DNA of 32,000 nt, taken from assembly GCF_000392435.1 (NCBI RefSeq), contig NC_021219.1, forward strand, positions 60,001 to 92,000. The letters are read 5' to 3'. The notes under the pieces were generated by a model. It had not been told where the DNA came from. It saw only the letters and a program-made list of their open reading frames with translations, and made no database searches. The stretch comes from Candidatus Saccharimonas aalborgensis (GTDB lineage Bacteria > Patescibacteriota > Saccharimonadia > Saccharimonadales > Saccharimonadaceae). The translations under genes and the position numbers were made by a program. Below, piece by piece: positions 18,901-25,831 of the stretch (position 1 is the first letter of the stretch; every line of letters starts with the position of its first letter).

Positions 18901-19556
18901 AGCTCTTCACTCAACTTTCGTAGGCCATCATTGATCGTGGTCTGTACACTCCAGTGCCCAGGAGCATCAGGGTGGCCGTGATCTTGCAGCTCGAGGTAAT
19001 ACCGATCACCAAAAACAGATTTATACCAGGAGGCTGTCTCTTTCGCCGCTTTATAGTCGTTATTTTTGAGCGCTTCACCCAATTCACCACTTGCACAACC
19101 GCTCAGAATGATGAGACCATCGCCATACTCTTGTAGCAATTCATGATCCATGCGCGGCTTGTAGTATTTGCCTTCAAGCTCAGCTTTGCTCGCCATTACC
19201 ATGAGGTTGTGATAGCCCTGGTTGTTCATCGCAAGGATTGTGAGATGATACCGCAATTTATCCTTTGAGGGATCTCGATCAAACCTAGTCCGCGCCGCAA
19301 TATAGGCTTCGATACCAAGGATAGGCTGTATGTTTTCACCATTTGCCGCTTTATAAAACTCGAGGATACCGCTCATTGTGCCGTGATCGGTCACGGCAGC
19401 AGCCTGCATACCAAATGCCTTGACCTTGATGACAAGTTCGTTAATTTTTGTCAGCCCATCGAGAAGCGAGTAGTGACTATGATTGTGCAAATGAACAAAA
19501 TCGCTCGGCTGCAGCGAAGTAGTCGGTGCTGTTTCTGTTGTCTTGGCTCTCCCCAT
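15870..19556 (-). CDS. dnaE: DNA polymerase III subunit alpha
   Basis: PHP domain ([15 protein letters not shown]), [89 protein letters not shown]. Confidence 0.97.
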   Translation of the reverse strand: [1228 protein letters not shown]

Positions 19557-19597
19557 AGTTCTCTCACTAGTATACGCGACCGAGTCTCTAGTCGGAA

Positions 19598-19873
19598 CTA
19601 TTTTTGAGTCAAAAGACGAACAATTTTATCGAGAAAGTCGCCAATCGGTGGTACCCAACCCGAGAGAAGTGTCAAAATCGATACAAACAGAGCGACAAGC
19701 AGCGTCGCCCCAAGAAAACTACCAAAGCCAAAGAAGACACCGCGAATGAAATTGATTTTGTAAACACTGAAGCGATTGCGATTGAAATCGTTGAACAAAT
19801 CTTCAATCACCGCCTGTCTGGCGTCACGCTCATCCGCGGCTCGTGGTTGCTTTGGTTGCTTTTTTTCAGCCAT
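19598..19873 (-). CDS. Small membrane protein (91 aa)
   Basis: Hydrophobic segment; third gene of a three-gene small-membrane-protein cluster. Confidence 0.6.
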   Translation of the reverse strand: MAEKKQPKQPRAADERDARQAVIEDLFNDFNRNRFSVYKINFIRGVFFGFGSFLGATLLVALFVSILTLLSGWVPPIGDFLDKIVRLLTQK

Positions 19874-19875
19874 TA

Positions 19876-20193
19876 CTACTTTGTAGAGTCGTCTTTTTTG
19901 AACTCGCCCTTTGCGGCATCGACTGCTCGCTCAGCTCGCTCGCGATAATCAGCAACGGTTTTTTTGCCTTCGGCCACTGCGGTATCAACTTGCTTTCGAG
20001 TGTCATTATAGACTTTTTCGCTTTTCGACTTTACTTCATCGGCTTTTTTAGCAGCCTGACTTTTAAGCTCATCTGCTTTGACTTTTAGATCAGCTCTGGT
20101 TTCTTTGCCAGATTTTGGAGCTGTCAATACACCCGCGACAACTCCTGCCAGTGCTCCAAATATTGCTCCGAGTGCAAATTTTCCTTTTGACAT
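19876..20193 (-). CDS. YtxH-like small protein
   Basis: KGKFALGAIFGALAGVVAGVLTAPKSGKETR N-terminus followed by K/A-rich coiled coil; SD GGAGG. Confidence 0.75.
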   Translation of the reverse strand: MSKGKFALGAIFGALAGVVAGVLTAPKSGKETRADLKVKADELKSQAAKKADEVKSKSEKVYNDTRKQVDTAVAEGKKTVADYRERAERAVDAAKGEFKKDDSTK

Positions 20194-20203
20194 AGTTCCT
20201 CCT

Positions 20204-20458
20204 TTATTTATCCTTAGTTTTTTTGATAAAGTTTGCCATCATTTTTGCGATCGCTGCTGGCGCAGCAAATTTGGCCGCCGACTCAGCGGCACCGGCAAAT
20301 TTCAGCGTAGCCTTCTCGGCAGTAGTGGTAATCGATCGTATTTGCTTCGTAACCTTTATGAGAAGTAAGGTCAGAACGATTGCCAGTACCAGAAACAGCG
20401 CCAGGAACACTGATAGTATGATGACAAGCACTTGTGCCCATTCCATAGTTGATGACAC
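20204..20458 (-). CDS. Small membrane protein (84 aa), possibly DUF948-like
   Basis: N-terminal TM then amphipathic/charged region; SD AAAGGAG. Confidence 0.65.
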   Translation of the reverse strand: MSSTMEWAQVLVIILSVFLALFLVLAIVLTLLLIKVTKQIRSITTTAEKATLKFAGAAESAAKFAAPAAIAKMMANFIKKTKDK

Positions 20459-20550
20459 TCCTTTTTATGCTATTTGCTTCATTTACTGAAGCACTACTCT
20501 TAGTATACTCTCACACGCGGGCTATACTGTGAAAATCTTCACTTTAACGA

Positions 20551-21444
20551 CTAATTTGCGATACGATCAGTCTCAATTACTTCCGGAATAGCCCGCCGAA
20601 CATCCTCGGCATAATCTTCGTTATCGAGAACGTATTTGAGATGAGCGAGGAAATAATTTTTTGGATCACCCGTTGTCACCCATTGACCTTCTGTCTTTAC
20701 GACATAGATATCACCCCGTGATACCATTGCCGTGATGGCATCGACCGTCCACAGCTCATCGTCAAGCCCTTCGTTGCCGGGTTTGAGATGGTCAAATATT
20801 TCTGTCGTGACCAAATAGCGACCATACGAAACGAGTGTCGACGGGGCTTTGTCAACCGGCGGCTTCTCGACGATATAGTCAAGCTTATCACCGTCTTTTA
20901 GTGATACGATACCGTATTTGTCGACGGCCGATGGGTCTACTTCCTGTGCCATGATGATGGCTTTTGCGTCGGGATGTTTTTCGTAGGCGTCAATCAACGA
21001 TTTTGCATCAGACGATCCAAAGACAACGTCGTCGCTATAGAGCACGATGAATGCCTCATCCTCACCAAAGTAATCGCGTGCACTTGCAATCGGCGAACCA
21101 TTACCATAGGGCAACGCAGGGTCTTGCACAATAACGCGGATCTTTGGTAAATCGAGCACCTGAAGTACCGTTGAGTTGTAGCGCTCAACTTTGCCTTGTG
21201 CTACCAATTGTTTGCGAATATGATTGACTGCGTTGCCAAAATAATCCTCATAAATGGGTTTTCCCTCTGGGGTAGCGACGATGATAATTTCCCTGATCCC
21301 TGCTTCAGCACATTCCTCGACAGCCATTTGAATGATCGGTTTGTTTCCAAATGGCAGCATTGCCTTAGGAATTGTCTTAGTGATTGGGAGGTAGCGGCTT
21401 GCATAGCCTGCGTCAGTGATGATAGCTTTTGTTGGTCGCTGCAT
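20551..21444 (-). CDS. galU: UTP-glucose-1-phosphate uridylyltransferase
   Basis: KAIITDAGYASRYLPITKTIPKAMLPFGNKPIIQMAVEECAEAGI...VQDPALPYGNGSPIASA; SD AAAGGGGG. Confidence 0.9.
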   Translation of the reverse strand: MQRPTKAIITDAGYASRYLPITKTIPKAMLPFGNKPIIQMAVEECAEAGIREIIIVATPEGKPIYEDYFGNAVNHIRKQLVAQGKVERYNSTVLQVLDLPKIRVIVQDPALPYGNGSPIASARDYFGEDEAFIVLYSDDVVFGSSDAKSLIDAYEKHPDAKAIIMAQEVDPSAVDKYGIVSLKDGDKLDYIVEKPPVDKAPSTLVSYGRYLVTTEIFDHLKPGNEGLDDELWTVDAITAMVSRGDIYVVKTEGQWVTTGDPKNYFLAHLKYVLDNEDYAEDVRRAIPEVIETDRIAN

Positions 21445-21468
21445 GATTCCCCCTTTTCTTTATCTGTA

Positions 21469-22926
21469 TTACAATTTTTGTCGGATAAGTTTTTGCGCCA
21501 GAGCGGGATTGGCTTTGCCCTGAGACCGTTTCATGACCTGGCCAACAAGATAGCCGATCGCTTTGTCCTTGCCGGCCTTGATATCATCGAGGGATTGCTT
21601 TGAAGCTGGATCAGCCAACACGTCATCAACAATCTCGGCAATAGCAGACTCATCGCTTACCTGCAGTAGATTCTTCTGCTCTGCGATCATCAATGGCGCA
21701 TCTCCAGACGCCAACATTTCGAAAAGTATCGAGACCGCTCCGTTACTACTTACCGTATCGTCTATCGCCATTTGCGCAAGATCTACCAGATGTTTCTGCT
21801 GCAAGTGTTTGTTGTTCCACGTATCCATGCCGGCACTTACCCTACCCTGAACATCGATAATCAGCCAATTTAATATACGGCGACGCTGTTCACCACTCAG
21901 ATTTGTGGCAAGCTCTGCGATAAATGATCGGACAGAAGCGTCACAAATACCAAGTGCCGTCTCAATCATCGCATGATCAAGTCCTGCTTCACTGAGGATA
22001 TGGCGAAGCTCATGAGGAAGCATCGGCATGTCAGCTTGAATCTGCTCGATTTCTTCGTCGGATACTATAATTGGCGGAATATCGGGATCGGGCATATAGC
22101 GATAATCCTGCGCATCTTCTTTGCTCCGTTGGCTAGTGGTGATGCCCTTGTCATCATTCCACCCTCTCGTTTCCTGGACCACGCGTTCACCTTTTTTGAG
22201 CAAGGCGACTTGACGTTCAAATTCATACTGAGCTGCTCGTTCAACACTGCGGAAACTATTGAGGTTTTTTACTTCTGCTCGCTTGCCAAGCTCTTTTGCC
22301 CCTTTGGGCGCGACGGAAATATTGACATCGAAGCGCATATTGCCGTGATAGAGATCACCATGACTGACACCAGAATATGTCATCAAACGGTGGAGCTCAG
22401 TCACATAGGCTCGCGCCTCTGCCGGACTGTGCATATCTGGCTCAGAGACAATTTCGATCAACGGCGTGCCTGCACGGTTGAGATCAACCAAACTATAGCC
22501 GGAGTAGTGCGTCAACTTGCCCGCATCGGATTCGATATGTGCGTGGTGAATGCGCACATGTACTGGGGTACCGTCTTCAAGCACCGTATCGACGTAGCCA
22601 GCGAGGATGGTAGGTTGATACATCTGCGTGATCTGGTAGCCACTGGGCAAATCTGGGTAAAAATAATGTTTGCGGTCAAACCGACTAACGCGGGCAATCT
22701 CAGCATTCAACGCCTTGCCAGCCCGAATTGCGAGATCAACTGCGTGTCGGTTGAGAACTGGTAGCATACCAGGTAACCCATAGTCGATCGGGTGAACTTT
22801 GCTATTTGGTTCTGCCTCCCGCGCATCGTTATCGGCGGGGCTAAACAGCTTTGTCGCCGTCGCCAACTGTACGTGGCATTCGATGCCGATGGTCATCTCA
22901 TAGGTATCAAGGGTGTCACTACTCAT
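21469..22926 (-). CDS. gatB: Asp-tRNA(Asn)/Glu-tRNA(Gln) amidotransferase subunit B
   Basis: MTIGIECHVQLATATKLFSPADN...RVHPIDYGLPGMLPVLNRHAVDLAIRAGKALN...KHYFYPDLPSGYQITQ. Confidence 0.97.
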   Translation of the reverse strand: MSSDTLDTYEMTIGIECHVQLATATKLFSPADNDAREAEPNSKVHPIDYGLPGMLPVLNRHAVDLAIRAGKALNAEIARVSRFDRKHYFYPDLPSGYQITQMYQPTILAGYVDTVLEDGTPVHVRIHHAHIESDAGKLTHYSGYSLVDLNRAGTPLIEIVSEPDMHSPAEARAYVTELHRLMTYSGVSHGDLYHGNMRFDVNISVAPKGAKELGKRAEVKNLNSFRSVERAAQYEFERQVALLKKGERVVQETRGWNDDKGITTSQRSKEDAQDYRYMPDPDIPPIIVSDEEIEQIQADMPMLPHELRHILSEAGLDHAMIETALGICDASVRSFIAELATNLSGEQRRRILNWLIIDVQGRVSAGMDTWNNKHLQQKHLVDLAQMAIDDTVSSNGAVSILFEMLASGDAPLMIAEQKNLLQVSDESAIAEIVDDVLADPASKQSLDDIKAGKDKAIGYLVGQVMKRSQGKANPALAQKLIRQKL

Positions 22927-22927
22927 C

Positions 22928-23353
22928 TTAGATAGCTCCCAAATCTTTCAAGGCTTGTTTGTAGGCGCTGAGCGAGCGCAGGGCTATATCGGGCGTAACA
23001 TGCACGTCCGTTTCATGAGCCAGTTGGTTGCGAATCTTGTGTGCACCCCAGACGTGATTGGCATTTGTCCAGATGTTTTGAGCAGATTTCATTCGTTCGC
23101 CCATTGTCTCGCCCTTAATATGTCGCTCTTTGAGCGCGAGATCCAGCAATTTATCTGCATTGAGTATCGCCATTGGGTAACTTTGCGGGTTTTCTCGGCT
23201 CAAGCTATTCTCGATCTCAAGCCATTTCGTTTGGTACTTCTGCGAGTCGAGGCTCGGGACGCCCCGTCTCGACATCGTCAGGTAGACGACCAAAATAATG
23301 GCAACAATCAAAACGCTCACAAGGAGAAAGAAACTAGCGGGATTTTGAGTCAT
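22928..23353 (-). CDS. Membrane-anchored protein with HEPN-like RNxxxH motif, embedded between gatA and gatB
   Basis: N-terminal TM (FFLLVSVLIVAIILVVYLT); helical C-terminal domain with GAHKIRNQLAHE. Start overlaps the gatA stop. Confidence 0.65.
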   Translation of the reverse strand: MTQNPASFFLLVSVLIVAIILVVYLTMSRRGVPSLDSQKYQTKWLEIENSLSRENPQSYPMAILNADKLLDLALKERHIKGETMGERMKSAQNIWTNANHVWGAHKIRNQLAHETDVHVTPDIALRSLSAYKQALKDLGAI

Positions 23354-24753
23354 TCTTTGGCCTCCATACTTCCAGCAAGTGCCAGCATCGCTGCATCGCT
23401 CTTGGCCGGTCCGATAAGTTGTATCCCGATTGGCAAGCCGGCTTTTGAGACGCCGGCCGGCACGCTCAGTGCTGGCAAGCCAGCAAGACTTGCCGGGACG
23501 GTCATGACATCGGCTAGATACATTTTTACGGGGTCGTCTGTGTTTTCGCCGATACCAAATGCGGGTGTCGGTGCTGTCGGCAAAATCAGGAAATCATACT
23601 GAGAAAACAATGTATCGAATGCTTGGATCAACAACGTCCTAGCTTTTTGCGCCTGCAAATAGTAGGCATCAAAGAAGCCGCTGCTCAACACGTAGCTACC
23701 GATCATGATACGGCGCTTGTTTTCAGTAACAAATCCTTCATCGCGCGAACGTCCGTAGAGTTCTGCCAGTGTTTTTACGTCGTGCGCACGGTACCCGTAG
23801 CGTATCCCGTCAAACCGCGCGAGATTGCTACTCACCTCTGCTGGAATGATGATGTAGTACATAGCGAGGGTGTATTTGAGGAGTGGCATCTCGACTTCCT
23901 CGACGACATGTCCCGCCGCACGCAGACGCTCGACATATTCGAGCGTACAACCGCGAACCTCTTGATCGACATCATCTGACATCGCATCTTTGACAAGACC
24001 AATACGTAGCTTCGGCTGTACAAACGTTGTCGGCTCAAAGAAATCAGGTAGTGTCGTCATGTCCTTTTCGTCGCGGCCAGCCATAATGCTTGTCACGAGC
24101 GCCACATCCTCAGCGCATTTCGCGAAACATCCCATGGTATCCGTGCTACTCGCCATCGCTACTACTCCATAGCGGCTACTGGTACCATAGGTTGGCTTGT
24201 AACCATATACGCCGTTGAAGCTTGCAGGCTGCCGGATAGAGCCACCCGTATCACTACCGAGGGCAAATGGTACGATATCGAGTGCGGTCACTACTGCCGA
24301 TCCGCCCGAACTACCACCAGCAACTTTTGTCTGATCGACGGCATTTTTTGTCACGCCGTAGGCAGAGTTTTCGGTCGAAGCGCCATGAGCGAAAGCGTCG
24401 AGGTTACTCTTGCCGATACAGATGGCACCCGCCGCCTCAAGTTTGTCGACAACCGTTGCCTGGAGCGGAGCCTGGAAGTTCTCGAGTATCTTTACAGCAG
24501 CGGTCGTCGGTGCGCCAAACGCAAGATAGTTGTCTTTGACGACAAATGGTACACCCGCGAGTGGACCGACAGATTCACCGCTAGCGATACGTGTATCTAT
24601 CTCATCTGCTCGTTTGAGAGCACGATCAGCCGTCAGGCTGAGAAGCGCATGATAACCTTTGGCTTCCTTTGCCTTAGCGAGAGCTGTCTCAACTTCTTGG
24701 CGGGCGGTTGTGTCACCATTTACAATACGCGCAACTCGGTCAGTTATCTTCAT
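23350..24753 (-). CDS. gatA: Asp-tRNA(Asn)/Glu-tRNA(Gln) amidotransferase subunit A
   Basis: Amidase signature GKSNLDAFAHGASTENSAYG...VAGGSSGGSAVVTALDIVPFALGSDTGGSIRQPASFNGVYGYKPTYG. Confidence 0.97.
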   Translation of the reverse strand: MKITDRVARIVNGDTTARQEVETALAKAKEAKGYHALLSLTADRALKRADEIDTRIASGESVGPLAGVPFVVKDNYLAFGAPTTAAVKILENFQAPLQATVVDKLEAAGAICIGKSNLDAFAHGASTENSAYGVTKNAVDQTKVAGGSSGGSAVVTALDIVPFALGSDTGGSIRQPASFNGVYGYKPTYGTSSRYGVVAMASSTDTMGCFAKCAEDVALVTSIMAGRDEKDMTTLPDFFEPTTFVQPKLRIGLVKDAMSDDVDQEVRGCTLEYVERLRAAGHVVEEVEMPLLKYTLAMYYIIIPAEVSSNLARFDGIRYGYRAHDVKTLAELYGRSRDEGFVTENKRRIMIGSYVLSSGFFDAYYLQAQKARTLLIQAFDTLFSQYDFLILPTAPTPAFGIGENTDDPVKMYLADVMTVPASLAGLPALSVPAGVSKAGLPIGIQLIGPAKSDAAMLALAGSMEAKE

Positions 24754-24755
24754 GA

Positions 24756-25046
24756 CTACAATACCTGCGGCACTTTCACACTATGATCGGCTTGCTCAGG
24801 AGCAAGCGCCAGCAGCGCCTCGCGGTCAGCAGCACCTTGACGCACGACATCATCGCGCCATACATTTTCGAGTCCCGATACTTGGTAGGTTGGTTCGACA
24901 TTCGACGTATCGAGCTCACTGAGCTGGTGGACATAGTTGAGAATATTCTCCAGATCGACCTGGAGTGCCGCTAGTTCGTCATCGCTGAGTTGCAAGTTAC
25001 TTAACTGTGCGAGATGCCGCACGTCGTCGGTGGTGATAGTGCTCAT
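24756..25046 (-). CDS. gatC: Asp-tRNA(Asn)/Glu-tRNA(Gln) amidotransferase subunit C
   Basis: DVRHLAQLSNLQLSDDELAALQVDLENILNYVHQLSELDTSNVEP. Confidence 0.92.
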   Translation of the reverse strand: MSTITTDDVRHLAQLSNLQLSDDELAALQVDLENILNYVHQLSELDTSNVEPTYQVSGLENVWRDDVVRQGAADREALLALAPEQADHSVKVPQVL

Positions 25047-25092
25047 TTGTACGTATTATAGCGCATCTATCGTTGTTTTGAAAAGCAAAGGA

Positions 25093-25121
25093 TTGACTAA
25101 ATAAATCATGTGTGTTATAAT
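25093..25121 (+). promoter_or_regulatory. Strong promoter: -35 TTGACT (25093-25098), 17-nt spacer, -10 TATAAT (25116-25121)
   Basis: Direct consensus match; drives the 25279..25671 ORF. Confidence 0.75.
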
Positions 25122-25278
25122 AAGATCAATGTCTTAGGAATACATCCTTTCGTTGACAGCAACTTTAACAAGCTAGGAATACGCCTTCATTCCTGAATCG
25201 CACCGACTCATCAAACATACTTGATGGATGAGTGCGATTCGGGAAGCTCAGTACCGACGCAGAAGTGGAGCCCATATC

Positions 25279-25671
25279 ATGAACTTCACTCGTATCGGCC
25301 GTCGTAACCGTGGCCGCACCGGTGCGGCGCTGCTCGTCATCGTCGGGCTCATCGCCGTCATCTGGTACATGGTGGCGGCGAACACCACCCACACGACGAC
25401 CATCACGGTCTGCAACAAGGAGCGGGTCGCGGTCAAGAACTCCGGTGAGTACCGGATCTACGCCGCCGAGGGGACGTTCGTCATGGCGGACTCCCTGCTC
25501 GGGACGGTCCGCTACGACACGGCGGACGCCTACGCGAAGGTGAAGCCCAAGACGACCTACGACGTCGTCTACAAGGGCTGGCGCATCCCCTTCTTCAGTT
25601 CGTTCCCCAACTTGCTCGAGCTCAAGGAGTCGGCCACGCAGCACCCGGAGGCCTGCGCCAACTTCGGCTGA
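25279..25671 (+). CDS. GC-rich small membrane protein with phage-like C-terminal domain (MNFTRIGRRNRGRTGAALLVIVGLIAVIWYMVAANTT...EYRIYAAEGTFVMADSLLGTVRYDTADAYAKVKPKTTYDVVYKGWRIPFFSSFPNLLELKE)
   Basis: One TM helix, SD-like GTGGAG upstream, strong G/C codon bias. The domain pattern resembles small proteins I recall from actinobacteriophages (from memory, unverified). The track ORF opens at 25228, but ATG 25279 is the better start. Confidence 0.7.
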   Translation: MNFTRIGRRNRGRTGAALLVIVGLIAVIWYMVAANTTHTTTITVCNKERVAVKNSGEYRIYAAEGTFVMADSLLGTVRYDTADAYAKVKPKTTYDVVYKGWRIPFFSSFPNLLELKESATQHPEACANFG

Positions 25672-25684
25672 CCGTCGGCAACGC

Positions 25685-25721
25685 GTGCGGGCTGGCGGGA
25701 CCTTGTCCCACCAGCCCGCAC
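25685..25721 (+). terminator. Large GC hairpin: GTGCGGGCTGGCGGGAC-CTT-GTCCCACCAGCCCGCAC
   Basis: 17-bp arms with one mismatch, 13 nt after the ORF stop. Confidence 0.8.
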
Positions 25722-25749
25722 CGGCAATTCCTAGCTTGTTATCTCTCAG

Positions 25750-25763
25750 CTCCCACAGGGGAG
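25750..25763 (+). terminator. Small hairpin CTCCC-ACAG-GGGAG followed by TAATTTTATTGTCTTTATTT
   Basis: 5-bp stem with T-rich tail. Confidence 0.55.
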
Positions 25764-25831
25764 TAATTTTATTGTCTTTATTTAGTTGTATGGTTGCCTA
25801 GATAACTCTTATGCTTCATAATAGCCAGTAG

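Larger units (their letters stand above)
25166..25741. repeat. Perfect 15-bp inverted repeat flanking the GC-rich cassette
   Basis: TAACAAGCTAGGAAT (25166-25180) is the exact reverse complement of ATTCCTAGCTTGTTA (25727-25741). Confidence 0.9.

Noticed and set aside
21973-22764. 263-aa plus ORF opposite gatB
   Set aside because: Long antisense shadow of a clearly conserved gene; amino-acid composition is not protein-like.
25165-25644. 159-aa minus ORF opposite the cassette 2 ORF
   Set aside because: Antisense frame (RLLELEQVGERTEEG...) of GC-rich coding DNA, with no promoter or SD. The plus frame has a TM helix, promoter and terminator.
25166-25741. Insertion sequence or MITE
   Set aside because: Inverted repeats are perfect, but there is no transposase and no visible target-site duplication; kept only as a finding with both explanations open.
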